Shown here in pieces: positions 51,701 through 64,000 of a DNA stretch of 64,000 nt; position 1 is the first letter of the stretch; each line of letters starts with the position of its first letter. Made by a program: the position numbers and the translations under genes. The stretch is from Eledone cirrhosa (Eukaryota): contig OZ024740.1 of the NCBI GenBank assembly GCA_964016885.1, forward strand, positions 268,088,001 to 268,152,000, given 5' to 3'. The notes under the pieces are model-generated. The model was given only the letters and a program-made list of their open reading frames with translations, had not been told where the DNA came from and ran no database searches.

Positions 51701-54700
51701 GCAATAGGTCTGAAATAAGCTTATTGCAGTGGTAAGATTAGAAAACCTCTACCCGTAACCACAGCCCAGCAATAGGTCTGAATTAAGCCAATTGCAGTGG
51801 TAAGATTAGAAAACCTCTACCCGTAACCACAGCCCAGCAATAGGTCTGAAATAAGCCTATTACAGTGGTAAGATTAGAAAACCTCTACCCGGAACCACAG
51901 CCCAGCAATAGGTTTGAAATAAGCCTATTGCAGTGGTAAGATTAGAAAACCTCTACCCGGAACCACAGCCCAGCAATAGGTCTGAAATAAGCCTATTGCA
52001 GTGGTAAGATTAGAAAATATCTACCCGGAACCACAGCCCAGCAATAGGTCTGAAATAAGCCTATTGCAGTGGTAAGATTAGAAAATATCTACCCGGAACC
52101 ACAGCCCAGCAATAGGTCTGAAATAAGCCTATTGCAGGGGTAAGATTAGAAAACCTCTACCCGTAACCACAGCCCAGCAATAGGACTGAAATAAGCCTAT
52201 TGCAGTGGTAAGATTAGAAAACCTCTACCCGAACCACAGCCCAGCAATAGGTCTGAAATAAGCCTATTGCAGTGGTAAGATTAGAAAACCTCTACCCGGA
52301 ACCACAGCCCAGCAATAGGTCTGAAATAAACCTATTGAACTGGTAAGATTAGAAAACCTCTACCCGAAACCACAGCCCAGCAATAGGTCTGAAATAAGCC
52401 TATTGCAGTGGTAAGATTAGGAAACCTCTACTCGGAACCACAGCCCAGCAATAGGTCTGAAATAAGCCTATTACAGTGGTAAGATTAGAAAACTTCTACC
52501 CGGAACCACAGGCCAGCAATAGGTCTGAAATAAACCTATTGCAGTGGTAAGATTAGAAAACCTCTACCCGTAACCACAGCCCAGCAATTGGTCTGAAATA
52601 AGCCTATTGCAGTGGTAAGATTAGAAAACCTCTACCCGTAACCACAGCCCAGCAATTGGTCTGAAATAAGCCTATTGCAGTGGTAAGATTAGAAAACCTC
52701 TACCCGGAACCACAGCCCAGCAATAGGTCTGAAATAAGCCTATTGCAGTGGTAAGATTAGAAAATATCTACCCGGAACCACAGCCCACCAATAGGTCTGA
52801 AATAAGCCTATTGCAGTGGTAAGATTAGAAAATATCTACCCGGAACCACAGCCCAGCAATAGGTCTGAAATAAGCCTATTGCAGTGGTAAGATTAGAAAA
52901 CCTCTACCCGTAACCACAGCCCAGCAATTGGTCTGAAATAAGCCTATTGCAGTGGTAAGATTAGAAAATATCTACCCGGAACCACAGCCCAGCAATAGGT
53001 CTGAAATAAGCCTATTACAGTGGTAAGATTAGAAAACCTCTACCCGGAACCACAGCCCAGCAATAGGTCTGAAATAAGCCTATTGCAGTGGTAAGATTAG
53101 AAAACCTCTACCCGGAACCACAGCCCAGCAATAGGTCTGAAATAAGCCTATTGCAGTGGTAAGATTAGAAAATATCTACCCGGAACCACAGCCCAGCAAT
53201 AGGTCTGAAATAAGCCTATTGCAGTGGTAAGATTAGAAAACCTCTACCCGTAACCACAGCCCAGCAATAGGTCTGAAATAAGCCTATTGCAGTGGTAAGA
53301 TTAGAAAACCTCTACCCGGAACCACAGCCCAGCAATAGGTCTGAAATAAGCCTATTGCAATAGTAAGATTAGAAAATATCTACCCGGAACCACAGCCCAG
53401 CAATAGGTCTGAAATAAGCCTATTGCAGTGGTAAGATTAGAAAACCTCTACCCGGAACCACAGCCCAGCAATAGGTCTGAAATAAGCCTATTGCAGTGGT
53501 AAGATTAGAAAACCTCTACCCGGAACCACAGCCCAGCAGTAGGTCTGAAATAAGCCTATTGCAGTGGTAAGATTAGAAAATATCTACCCGGAACCACAGC
53601 CCAGCAATAGGTCTGAAATAAGCCTATTGCAGTGGTAAGATTAGAAAATATCTACCCGGAACCACAGCCCAGCAATAGGTCTGAAATAAGCCTATTGCAG
53701 GGGTAAGATTAGAAAACCTCTACCCGTAACCACAGCCCAGCAATAGGACTGAAATAAGCCTATTGCAGTGGTAAGATTAGAAAATCTCTACCCGGAACCA
53801 CAGCCCGGCAATAGGTCTGAAATAAGCCTATTGCAGTGGTAAGATTAGAAAACCTCTACCCAGAACCACAGCCCAGCAATAGGTCTGAAATAAACCTATT
53901 GAAGTGGTAAGATTAGAAAACCTCTACCCGGAACCACAGCCCAGCAATAGGTCTGAAATAAGCCTATTGCAGTGGTAAGATTAGAAAACCTCTACTCGGA
54001 ACCACAGCCCAGCAATAGGTCTGAAATAAGCCTATTGCAGTGGTAAGATTAGAAAACTTCTACCCGGAACCACAGCCCAGCAATAGGTCTGAAATAAACC
54101 TATTGCAGTGGTAAGATTAGAAAACCTCTACCCGTAACCACAGCCCAGCAATTGGTCTGAAATAAGCCTATTGCAGTGGTAAGATTAGAAAACCTCTACC
54201 CGTAACCACAGCCCAGCAATTGGTCTGAAATAAGCCTATTGCAGTGGTAAGATTAGAAAACCTCTACCCGGAACCACAGCCCAGCAATAGGTCTGAAATA
54301 AGCCTATTGCAGTGGTAAGATTAGAAAATATCTACCCGGAACCACAGCCCAGCAATAGGTCTGAAATAAGCCTATTGCAGTGGTAAGATTAGAAAACCAG
54401 TACTCGGAACGACAGCCCAGCAATAGGACTGAAATAAGCCTATTACAGTGGTAAGATTAGAAAACCTCTACTCGGAACCACAGCCCAGCAATAGGTCTGA
54501 AATAAGCCTATTACAGTGGTAAGATTAGAAAACCTCTACCCGGAACCACAACCCAGCAATAGGTCTGAAATAAGCCTATTGCAGTGGTAAGATTAGAAAA
54601 CCTCTACCCGTAACCACAGCCCAGCAATAGGTCTGAATTAAGCCAATTGCAGTGGTAAGATTAGAAAACCTCTACCCGGAACCACAGCCCATCAATAGGT

Positions 54701-57700
54701 CTGAAATAAGCCTATTGCAGTGGTAAGATTAGAAAATATCTACCCGGAACCACAGCCCAGCAATAGGTCTGAAATAAGCCTATTGCAGTGGTAAGATTAG
54801 AAAACCTCTACCCGGAACCACAGCCCAGCAATAGGTCTGAAATAAGCCTATTGCAGTGGTAAGATTAGAAAACCTCTACCCGGAACCACAGCCCAGCAAT
54901 AGGTCTGAAATAAGCCTATTGCAGTGGTTAGATTAGCAAATATCTACCCGGAACCACAGCCCAGCAATAGGTCTGAAATAAGCCTATTGCAGTGGTAAGA
55001 TTAGAAAATATCTACCCGGAACCACAGCCCAGCAATAGGTCTGAAATAAGCCTATTGCAGGGGTAAGATTAGAAAACCTCTACCCGTAACCACAGCCCAG
55101 CAATAGGACTGAAATAAGCCTATTGCAGTGGTAAGATTAGAAAATCTCTACCCGGAACCACAGCCCGGCAATAGGTCTGAAATAAGCCTATTGCAGTGGT
55201 AAGATTAGAAAACCTCTACCCGGAACCACAGCCCAGCAATAGGTCTGAAATAAACCTATTGAAGTGGTAAGATTAGAAAACCTCTACCCGGAACCACAGC
55301 CCAGCAATAGGTCTGAAATAAGCCTATTGCAGTGGTAAGATTAGAAAACCTCTACTCGGAACCACAGCCCAGCAATAGGTCTGAAATAAGCCTATTGCAG
55401 TGGTAAGATTAGAAAACTTCTACCCGGAACCACAGCCCAGCAATAGGTCTGAAATAAACCTATTGCAGTGGTAAGATTAGAAAACCTCTACCCGTAACCA
55501 CAGCCCAGCAATTGGTCTGAAATAAGCCTATTGCAGTGGTAAGATTAGAAAACCTCTACCCGTAACCACAGCCCAGCAATTGGTCTGAAATAAGCCTATT
55601 GTAGTGGTAAGATTAGAAAACCTCTACCCGGAACCACAGCCCAGCAATAGGTCTGAAATAAGCCTATTGCAGTGGTAAGATTAGAAAATATCTACCCGGA
55701 ACCACAGCCCAGCAATAGGTCTGAAATAAGCCTATTGCAGTGGTAAGATTAGAAAATATCTACCCGGATCCACAGCCCAGCAATAGGTCTGAAATAAGCC
55801 TATTGCAGTGGTAAGATTAGAAAATATCTACCCGGAACCACAGCCCAGCAATAGGTCTGAAATAAGCCTATTGCAGTGGTAAGATTAGAAAACCTCTACC
55901 CGTAACCACAGCCCAGCAATAGGTTTGAAATAAGCCTATTACAGTGGTAAGATTAGAAAACCTCTACCCGGAACCACAGCCTAGCAATAGGTCTGAAATA
56001 AGCCTATTGCAGTGGTAAGATTAGAAAACCTCTACCCGGAACCACAGCCCAGCAATAGGTCTGAAATAAGCTTATTGCATTGGTAAGATTAGAAAACCTC
56101 TACTCGGAACCACAGCCCAGCAATAGGACTGAAATAAGCCTATTACAGTGGTAAGATTAGAAAACCTCTACTCGGAACCACAGCCCAGCAATAGGTCTGA
56201 AATAAGCCTATTGCAGTGGTAAGATTAGAAAACCTCTACCCGTAACCACAGCCCAGCAATAGGACTGAAATAAGCCTATTGCAGTGGTAAGATTAGAAAA
56301 CCTCTACCCGGAACCACAGCCCAGCAATAGGTCTGAAATAAGCCTATTGCAGTGGTAAGATTAGAAAACCTCTACCCAGAACCACAGCCCAGCAATAGGT
56401 CTGAAATAAGCCTATTGCAGTGGTAAGATTAGAAAATATCTACCCGGAACCACAGCCCAGCAATAGGTCTGAAATAAGCCTATTGCAGTGGTAAGATTAG
56501 AAAATATCTACCCGGAACCACAGCCCAGCAATAGGTCTGAAATAAGCCTATTGCAGTGGTAAGATTAGAAAACCTCTACCCGTAACCACAGCCCAGCAAT
56601 AGGTCTGAAATAAGCCTATTACAGTGGTAAGATTAGAAAACCTCTACCCGGAACCACAGCCCAGCAATAGGTCTGAAATAAGCCTATTGCAGTGGTAAGA
56701 TTAGAAAACCTCTACCCGGAACCACAGCCCAGCAATTGGTCTGAAATAAGCCTATTGCAGTGGTAAGATTAGAAAACCTCTACCCGGAACCACAGCCCAG
56801 CAATAGGTCTGAAATAAGCCTATTGCAGGGGTAAGATTAGAAAACCTCTACCCGTAACCACAGCCCAGCAATAGGACTGAAATAAGCCTATTGCAGTGGT
56901 AAGATTAGAAAACCTCTACCCGGAACCACAGCCCAGCAATAGGTCTGAAATAAGCCTATTGCAGTGGTAAGATTAGAAAACCTCTACCCGGAACCACAGC
57001 CCAGCAATAGGTCTGAAATAACCCTATTGCAGTGGTAAGATTAGAAAACCTCTACCCGGAACCACAGCCCAGCAATAGGTCTGAAATAAGCCTATTGCAG
57101 TGGTAAGATTAGAAAACCTCTACTCAGAACCACAGCCCAGCAATAGGTCTGAAATAAGCCTATTGCAGTGGTAAGATTAGAAAACTTCTACCCGGAACCA
57201 CAGCCCAGAAATAGGTCTGAAATAAGCCTATTGCAGTGGTAAGATTAGAAAACCTCTACTCGGAACCACAGCCCAGCAATAGGACTGAAATAAGCCTATT
57301 ACAGTGGTAAGATTAGAAAACCTCTACTCGGAACCACAGCCCAGCAATAGGTCTGAAATAAGCCTATTACAGTGGTAAGATTAGAAAACCTCTACCCGGA
57401 ACCACAGCCCAGCAATAGGTCTGAAATAAGCCTATTACAGTGGTAAGATTAGAAAACCTCTACCCGGAACCACAACCCAGCAATAGGTCTGAAATAAGCT
57501 TATTGCAGTGGTAAGATTAGAAAACCTCTACCCGTAACCACAGCCCAGCAATAGGTCTGAATTAAGCCAATTGCAGTGGTAAGATTAGAAAACCTCTACC
57601 CGGAACCACAGCCCAGCAATAGGTCTGAAATAAGCCTATTGCAGTGGTAAGATTAGAAAATATCTACCCGGAACCACAGCCCAGCAATAGGTCTGAAATA

Positions 57701-60700
57701 AGCCTATTGCAGTGGTAAGATTAGAAAATATCTACCCGGACCCACAGCCCAGCAATAGGTCTGAAATAAGCCTATTGCAGTGGTAAGATTAGAAAATATC
57801 TACCCGGAACCACAGCCCAGCAATAGGTCTGAAATAAGCCTATTGCAGTGGTAAGATTAGAAAACCTCTACCCGTAACCACAGCCCAGCAATAGGTCTGA
57901 AATAAGCCTATTACAGTGGTAAGATTAGAAAACCTCTACCCGGAACCACAGCCCAGCAATAGGTCTGAAATAAGCCTATTGCAGTGGTAAGATTAGAAAA
58001 TATCTACCCGGAACCACAGCCCAGCAATAGGTCTGAAATAAGCCTATTGCAGTGGTAAGATTAGAAAATATCTACCCGGATCCACAGCCCAGCAATAGGT
58101 CTGAAATAAGCCTATTGCAGGGGTAAGATTAGAAAACCTCTACCCGTAACCACAGCCCAGCAATAGGACTGAAATAAGCCTATTGCAGTGGTAAGATTAG
58201 AAAACCTCTACCCGAACCACAGCGCAGCAATAGGTCTGAAATAAGCCTATTGCAGTGGTAAGATTAGAAAACCTCTACCCGGAACCACAGCCCAGCAATA
58301 GGTCTGAAATAAACCTATTGAACTGGTAAGATTAGAAAACATCTACCCGGAACCACAGCCCAGCAATAGGTCTGAAATAAGCCTATTGCAGTGGTAAGAT
58401 TAGGAAACCTCTACTCGGAACCACAGCCCAGCAATAGGTCTGAAATAAGCCTATTGCAGTGGTAAGATTAGAAAACTTCTACCCGGAACCACAGCCCAGC
58501 AATAGGTCTGAAATAAGCCTATTGCAGTGGTAAGATTAGAAAACCTCTACCCGTAACCACAGCCCAGCAATTGGTCTGAAATAAGCCTATTGCAGTGGTA
58601 AGATTAGAAAACCTCTACCCGGAACCACAGCCCAGCAATAGGTCTGAAATAAGCCTATTGCAGTGGTAAGATTAGAAAATATCTACCCGGAACCACAGCC
58701 CACCAATAGGTCTGAAATAAGCCTATTGCAGTGGTAAGATTAGAAAATATCTACCCGGAACCACAGCCCAGCAATAGGTCTGAAATAAGCCTATTGCAGT
58801 GGTAAGATTAGAAAACCTCTACCCGTAACCACAGCCCAGCAATTGGTCTGAAATAAGCCTATTGCAGTGGTAAGATTAGAAAACCTCTACCCGTAACCAC
58901 AGCCCAGCAATAGGTCTGAAATAAGCCTATTACAGTGGTAAGATTAGAAAACCTCTACCCGGAACCACAGCCCAGCAATAGGTCTGAAATAAGCCTATTG
59001 CAGTGGTAAGATTAGAAAACCTCTACCCGGAACCACAGCCCAGCAATAGGTCTGAAATAAGCCTATTGCAGTGGTAAGATTAGAAAATATCTACCCGGAA
59101 CCACAGCCCAGCAATAGGTCTGAAATAAGCCTATTGCAGTGGTAAGATTAGAAAACCTCTACCCGTAACCACAGCCCAGCAATAGGTCTGAAATAAGCCT
59201 ATTGCAGTGGTAAGATTAGAAAACCTCTACCCGGAACCACAGCCCAGCAATAGGTCTGAAATAAGCCTATTGCAGTGGTAAGATTAGAAAATATCTACCC
59301 GGAACCACAGCCCAGCAATAGGTCTGAAATAAGCCTATTGCAGTGGTAAGATTAGAAAACCTCTACCCGGAACCACAGCCCAGCAATAGGTCTGAAATAA
59401 GCCTATTGCAGTGGTAAGATTAGAAAACCTCTACCCGGAACCACAGCCCAGCAATAGGTCTGAAATAAGCCTATTGCAGTGGTAAGATTAGAAAATATCT
59501 ACCCGGAACCACAGCCCAGCAATAGGTCTGAAATAAGCCTATTGCAGTGGTAAGATTACAAAATATCTACCCGGAACCACAGCCCAGCAATAGGTCTGAA
59601 ATAAGCCTATTGCAGGGGTAAGATTAGAAAACCTCTACCCGTAACCACAGCCCAGCAATAGGACTGAAATAAGCCTATTGCAGTGGTAAGATACGAAAAC
59701 CTCTACCCGGAACCACAGCCCAGCAATAGGTCTGAAATAAACCTATTGAAGTGGTAAGATTAGAAAACCTCTACCCGGAACCACAGCCCAGCAATAGGTC
59801 TGAAATAAGCCTATTGCAGTGGTAAGATTAGAAAACCTCTACTCGGAACCACAGCCCAGCAATAGGTCTGAAATAAGCCTATTGCAGTGGTAAGATTAGA
59901 AAACTTCTACCCGGAACCACAGCCCAGCAATAGGTCTGAAATAAACCTATTGCAGTGGTAAGATTAGAAAACCTCTACCCGTAACCACAGCCCAGCAATT
60001 GGTCTGAAATAAGCCTATTGTAGTGGTAAGATTAGAAAATATCTACCCGGAACCACAGCCCAGCAATAGGTCTGAAATAAGCCTATTGCAGTGGTAAGAT
60101 TAAAAAACCTCTACCCGTAACCACAGCCCAGCAATAGGTCTGAAATAAGCCTATTGCAGTGGTAAGATTAGAAAACCTCTACCCGGAACCACAGCCCAGC
60201 AATAGGTCTGAAATAAGCCTATTGCAGTGGTAAGATTAGAAAATATCTACCCGGAACCACAGCCCAGCAATAGGTCTGAAATAAGCCTATTGCAATGGTA
60301 AGATTAGAAAATATCTACCCGGAACCACAGCCCAGCAATAGGTCTGAAATAAGCCTATTGCAGTGGTAAGATTAGAAAATATCTACCCGGAACCACAGCC
60401 CAGCAATAGGTCTGAAATAAGCCTATTGCAGTGGTAAGATTAGAAAATATCTACCCGGAACCACAGCCCAGCAATAGGTCTGAAATAAGCCTATTGCAGG
60501 GGTAAGATTAGAAAACCTCTACCCGTAACCACAGCCCAGCAATAGGACTGAAATAAGCCTATTGCAGTGGTAAGATTAGAAAACCTCTACCCGGAACCAC
60601 AGCCCAGCAATAGGACTGAAATAAGCCTATTGCAGTGGTAAGATTAGAAAACCTCTACCCGGAACCACAGCCCAGCAATAGGTCTGAAATAAGCCTATTG

Positions 60701-61090
60701 CAGTGGTAAGATTAGAAAACCTCTACCCGGAACCACAGCCCAGCAATAGGTCTGAAATAAACCTATTGCAGTGGTAAGATTAGAAAACCTCTACCCGGAA
60801 CCACAGCCCAGTAATAGGTCTGAAATAAGCCTATTGCAGTGGTAAGATTAGAAAACCTCTACTCGGAACCACAGCCCAGCAATAGGTCTGAAATAAGCCT
60901 ATTGCAGTGGTAAGATTAGAAAACTTCTACCCGGAACCACAGCCCAGCAATAGGTCTGAAATAAGCCTATTGCAGTGGTTAAATTAGAAAACCTCTACTC
61001 GGAACCACAGCCCAGCAATAGGACTGAAATAAGCCTATTACAGTGGTAAGATTAGAAAACCTCTACTCGGAACCACAGCCCAGCAATAGG
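48738..61090. repeat. 68-bp satellite array, about 182 copies
   Basis: Unit GTGGTAAGATTAGAAAACCTCTACCCGGAACCACAGCCCAGCAATAGGTCTGAAATAAGCCTATTGCA, head-to-tail, no spacers. Confidence 0.98.
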
Positions 61091-61368
61091 TCTGAAATAA
61101 GCCTATTGCTGTACGGAAATTGTTACACGAAACTAAGAACAGTCGAAAAAACAAACAGTCGACAAAGAACGAAGGTGTTAGTATTTAAATATCTCATGAA
61201 TAGTATACAAAAAATACAGACAGAGATAAAACCGAGAAAAAGAATATATATAGTTAAATTTTGATACCAGAGGCTACAACAAAACGGTCGGACGACAGAA
61301 AATATTTATATATAGTGGTTAGTGATTTTTGATTTGTCGTTAGTCAAGAGACACATACAGACAACAAG

Positions 61369-61796
61369 TACTCTCCGGTCACAAATAATTGTTCCCCTCC
61401 CCGCTTATTAATTTTTCTGAGTTTTTCTAACCTCCTCCTCACGCTCATATACCCCCCCCCCCCCCACGCGCGCGCTGATTAAATTTTGTTTTAAGTGTTT
61501 GGACTCTTCTGATAATTACTTTTCATTATACATTAAAAAAACATTAAACATGACAAAAAAAAAAAGAACATTACCAGAAATCCCATACGTTATAAAATAT
61601 ATAATCTGGGTTGGGATCTCAATTTGTAAACTAAACGACTAATTTTGGTTTTTAAAAAAAATCATCCTAGAAAAATTACCGACCCCCTCCCCGCCACTTA
61701 TTCCAACACACCTACTTATTCTAACTCCCCCGCTTATTCTAACCCCCCCCCCTCCTGGTTATTCCAACCATCCCTATTATTTCCGACCCGAATATA
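61369..61796. mobile_element. Possible MITE with C-rich subterminal repeats
   Basis: Imperfect TIR TACTCTCCGGTCACAAATAAT / ATTATTTCCGACCCGAATA; repeated CCCCGCTTATT. Confidence 0.45.
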
Positions 61797-62317
61797 GGTG
61801 ATAACGAGAGAGAAGAAAGAAAATCCCTTACGGCCGAGAGAAAGGGAAAATAATAATAGTCCAGCTGCCATTTGGATACGAGGTGACAGGAAAAGGCATG
61901 CCAGCAATCGATCTCAATATAGGAAAATAGAGGGAAATAACCAACAATGGCAGACATCACTGTTCTAGAAAGTCGAAAGAGAGGAGACGTAAATAGTATG
62001 GTAAACGAGAAAGGTAGGTTTGTGCTTACAGTTGAAAATGATCAGTCAAATATCGGAGAAAAATGACTGTGTAGCGTTAGTAAATGTTAAATTCGAAAGA
62101 AAAGTGAGGATGGAACAAATAACTCATTCATCATTTGCTCATAAGGGACAACCTTGGTTTTTCAGTGATAATATTAGAAAACCTCCTATATAAAATACAC
62201 CTATACACAAATACACATACACACACATATACATTATATATTACCTACTCTACTACCCTAAGTATTGAGTACTTTGGTGCGTTATGGTCCATCTGGTTCC
62301 TTACCACATTTCCTTCG

Positions 62318-62362
<45 letters not shown>

Positions 62363-62381
62363 CGTGTGTGTGTGCGTGTGT

Positions 62382-62417
<36 letters not shown>

Positions 62418-62548
62418 GTGTGTGCGTGTGTGTATAAAGTTAAGATCTGTAGAAGCTATTTCTATACTAAATTTGATGTTTACACTCTACTAATGTTTTG
62501 AGTACCTTAGTAAATGTTACTTACACGGTTACCCGTGTTTGAACCCGA

Positions 62549-62606
<58 letters not shown>

Positions 62607-62626
62607 TACACATATATAGAGAGAGA

Positions 62627-62826
62627 CTAGGGTCGGCTGAAACGTTCATAGGCAAACTATGAAAGAGTGATGCTAGAGCTATGAAATCTTGCATAGATTA
62701 ATTGGAACTCTTCTCATTAATAACAGCATTGTTTCTTTCCAGAAAATATGTTGAAAAATATACCTCATTCGGTCATTCTATGAGAATATCTAGGTCAGCC
62801 TTTGAACTTTTCAGTCGACCCTTGTA
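62627..62826. mobile_element. Mariner-type MITE
   Basis: AGGGTCGGCTGAAACGTTCA / TGAACTTTTCAGTCGACCCT. Same family as 5326-5525. Confidence 0.87.
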
Positions 62827-62921
62827 TATATATATATGAAAACAGGGAGACAGAGACGATTATTAGGAAGAAAAATATATTTTTTTCCTAACTCGTGTGC
62901 TTCCTCTCCACATTTTATTAT

Positions 62922-62970
<49 letters not shown>

Positions 62971-63606
62971 TAAGGAGTTGACGGACCCAACATATTTATC
63001 AATGCCAGGACGGGTTGTATCTCAGTGTACTCAATAGATAATGTAGGATACATTCCAGAGTATACACATAGTTATTCGCTTCAAAACAACACAAGTAAAA
63101 CATAAAACGGGTGACTATAGTAGTTCCCGGACTCGAGTTTCTGCCACACTTAATGCAGCAGTAGGGTGCACTGCACCCTCTGTCTGCATATATTATGCAA
63201 CAATGCATAATCGGCGTATGTGGGTTCATCAGCGGGTATCGCCTAATCAGTAACCAATCGATCGACAGAATCCAAACCCCAGCGTATGCCGGCCATGACT
63301 GTTTGTGACAGCCGACACAGTAAAGTGATTAGCAACTGGAATCCGATACAATTCTGTCCATCGACCAGCCACCGATTTACAAACTTTAGGTTGTGGCTGG
63401 AGAATAGAAAACAAATCTTTTCGTTCCCGTCAAAATCTCTCAGCCAACGTGTCTCAAACACAAATTAATAAGAAGTGAAGTAGTAGTACAAGGTAGGAAA
63501 ACTTATTCATGGTATTCTCATCGGCACTAGTTAAACAAGTTGGCCCTCAGGGCTAACGAAACATATCTAGTAATCTAGTATGGCACCCTTCTAGTAACTG
63601 GCCTTA

Positions 63607-63676
<70 letters not shown>

Positions 63677-64000
63677 ATGGATATGTGCGTGCATGTGTGT
63701 GTGTGTGTTTGTGTGCAGGAAAAACTGTTGCATCCATAATGTATGTATATATCTATATAATATTGAATCACAAATAAACGACTAAACGTTCTCCTTATGT
63801 CTTCGTTCCTCTAGTATTTTATTGGTATGTATGTCGGTGAATAACCATTGTACTTCCGATCGTGACATAGACTGCGTCGTTATACTGTTCAATAATCACG
63901 CAAATTATGTCTTCTTTTATTTTCTCAATTCAATGGTGTTTCAATTGTTTGGTTGAATTGTTTTTTTTTTGTTTTGTTTTCTTAAAGCAACTAAACTAGG

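Noticed and set aside
48738-61090. CRISPR array
   Set aside because: Hairpin repeat but no unique spacers, no cas genes, and a eukaryotic context.
48738-61090. Hammerhead inside the 68-bp monomer (CTGAAAT...GAAAACCTC)
   Set aside because: The core lacks G8/A9 or a compensatory pair; stems I and III do not form.
48260-61107. Solo LTR (TGTGACA...TGTTACA) enclosing the satellite
   Set aside because: No target-site duplication (GACTA vs CGAAA), and no PBS/PPT or internal domain.
62173-62185. ATTAGAAAACCTC match to the satellite monomer
   Set aside because: Only 13 bp of AT-rich identity with no extension; could be chance.

Overview
AT-rich, microsatellite-dense eukaryotic DNA. The SINE, RTE and (TA)n landscape suggests an octopus or other coleoid cephalopod (inference). 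No intact host gene is visible. Main contents: (1) a 66-bp Thr-codon minisatellite (175-3990); (2) a 12.35-kb array of about 182 copies of a hairpin-forming 68-bp satellite with internal higher-order duplications (48738-61090); (3) a young 5'-truncated RTE LINE with an uninterrupted RT ORF; (4) three different Penelope-like elements (PLEs: Neptune-like, Naiad-like, and a GIY-YIG-only remnant); (5) Tx1, R4/Dong-type and RTE fragments, mariner/piggyBac/pogo-type MITEs and tRNA-SINEs. The most striking signal is about a dozen sequence-unrelated minimal type-I hammerhead-ribozyme-like motifs, most in short ORF-less cassettes embedded in (TA)n tracts and often folded back into inverted repeats. Several carry the compensatory U3-A8 core (UUGANAA) in place of C3-G8 (CUGANGA). 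All calls are by eye; no searches were run.
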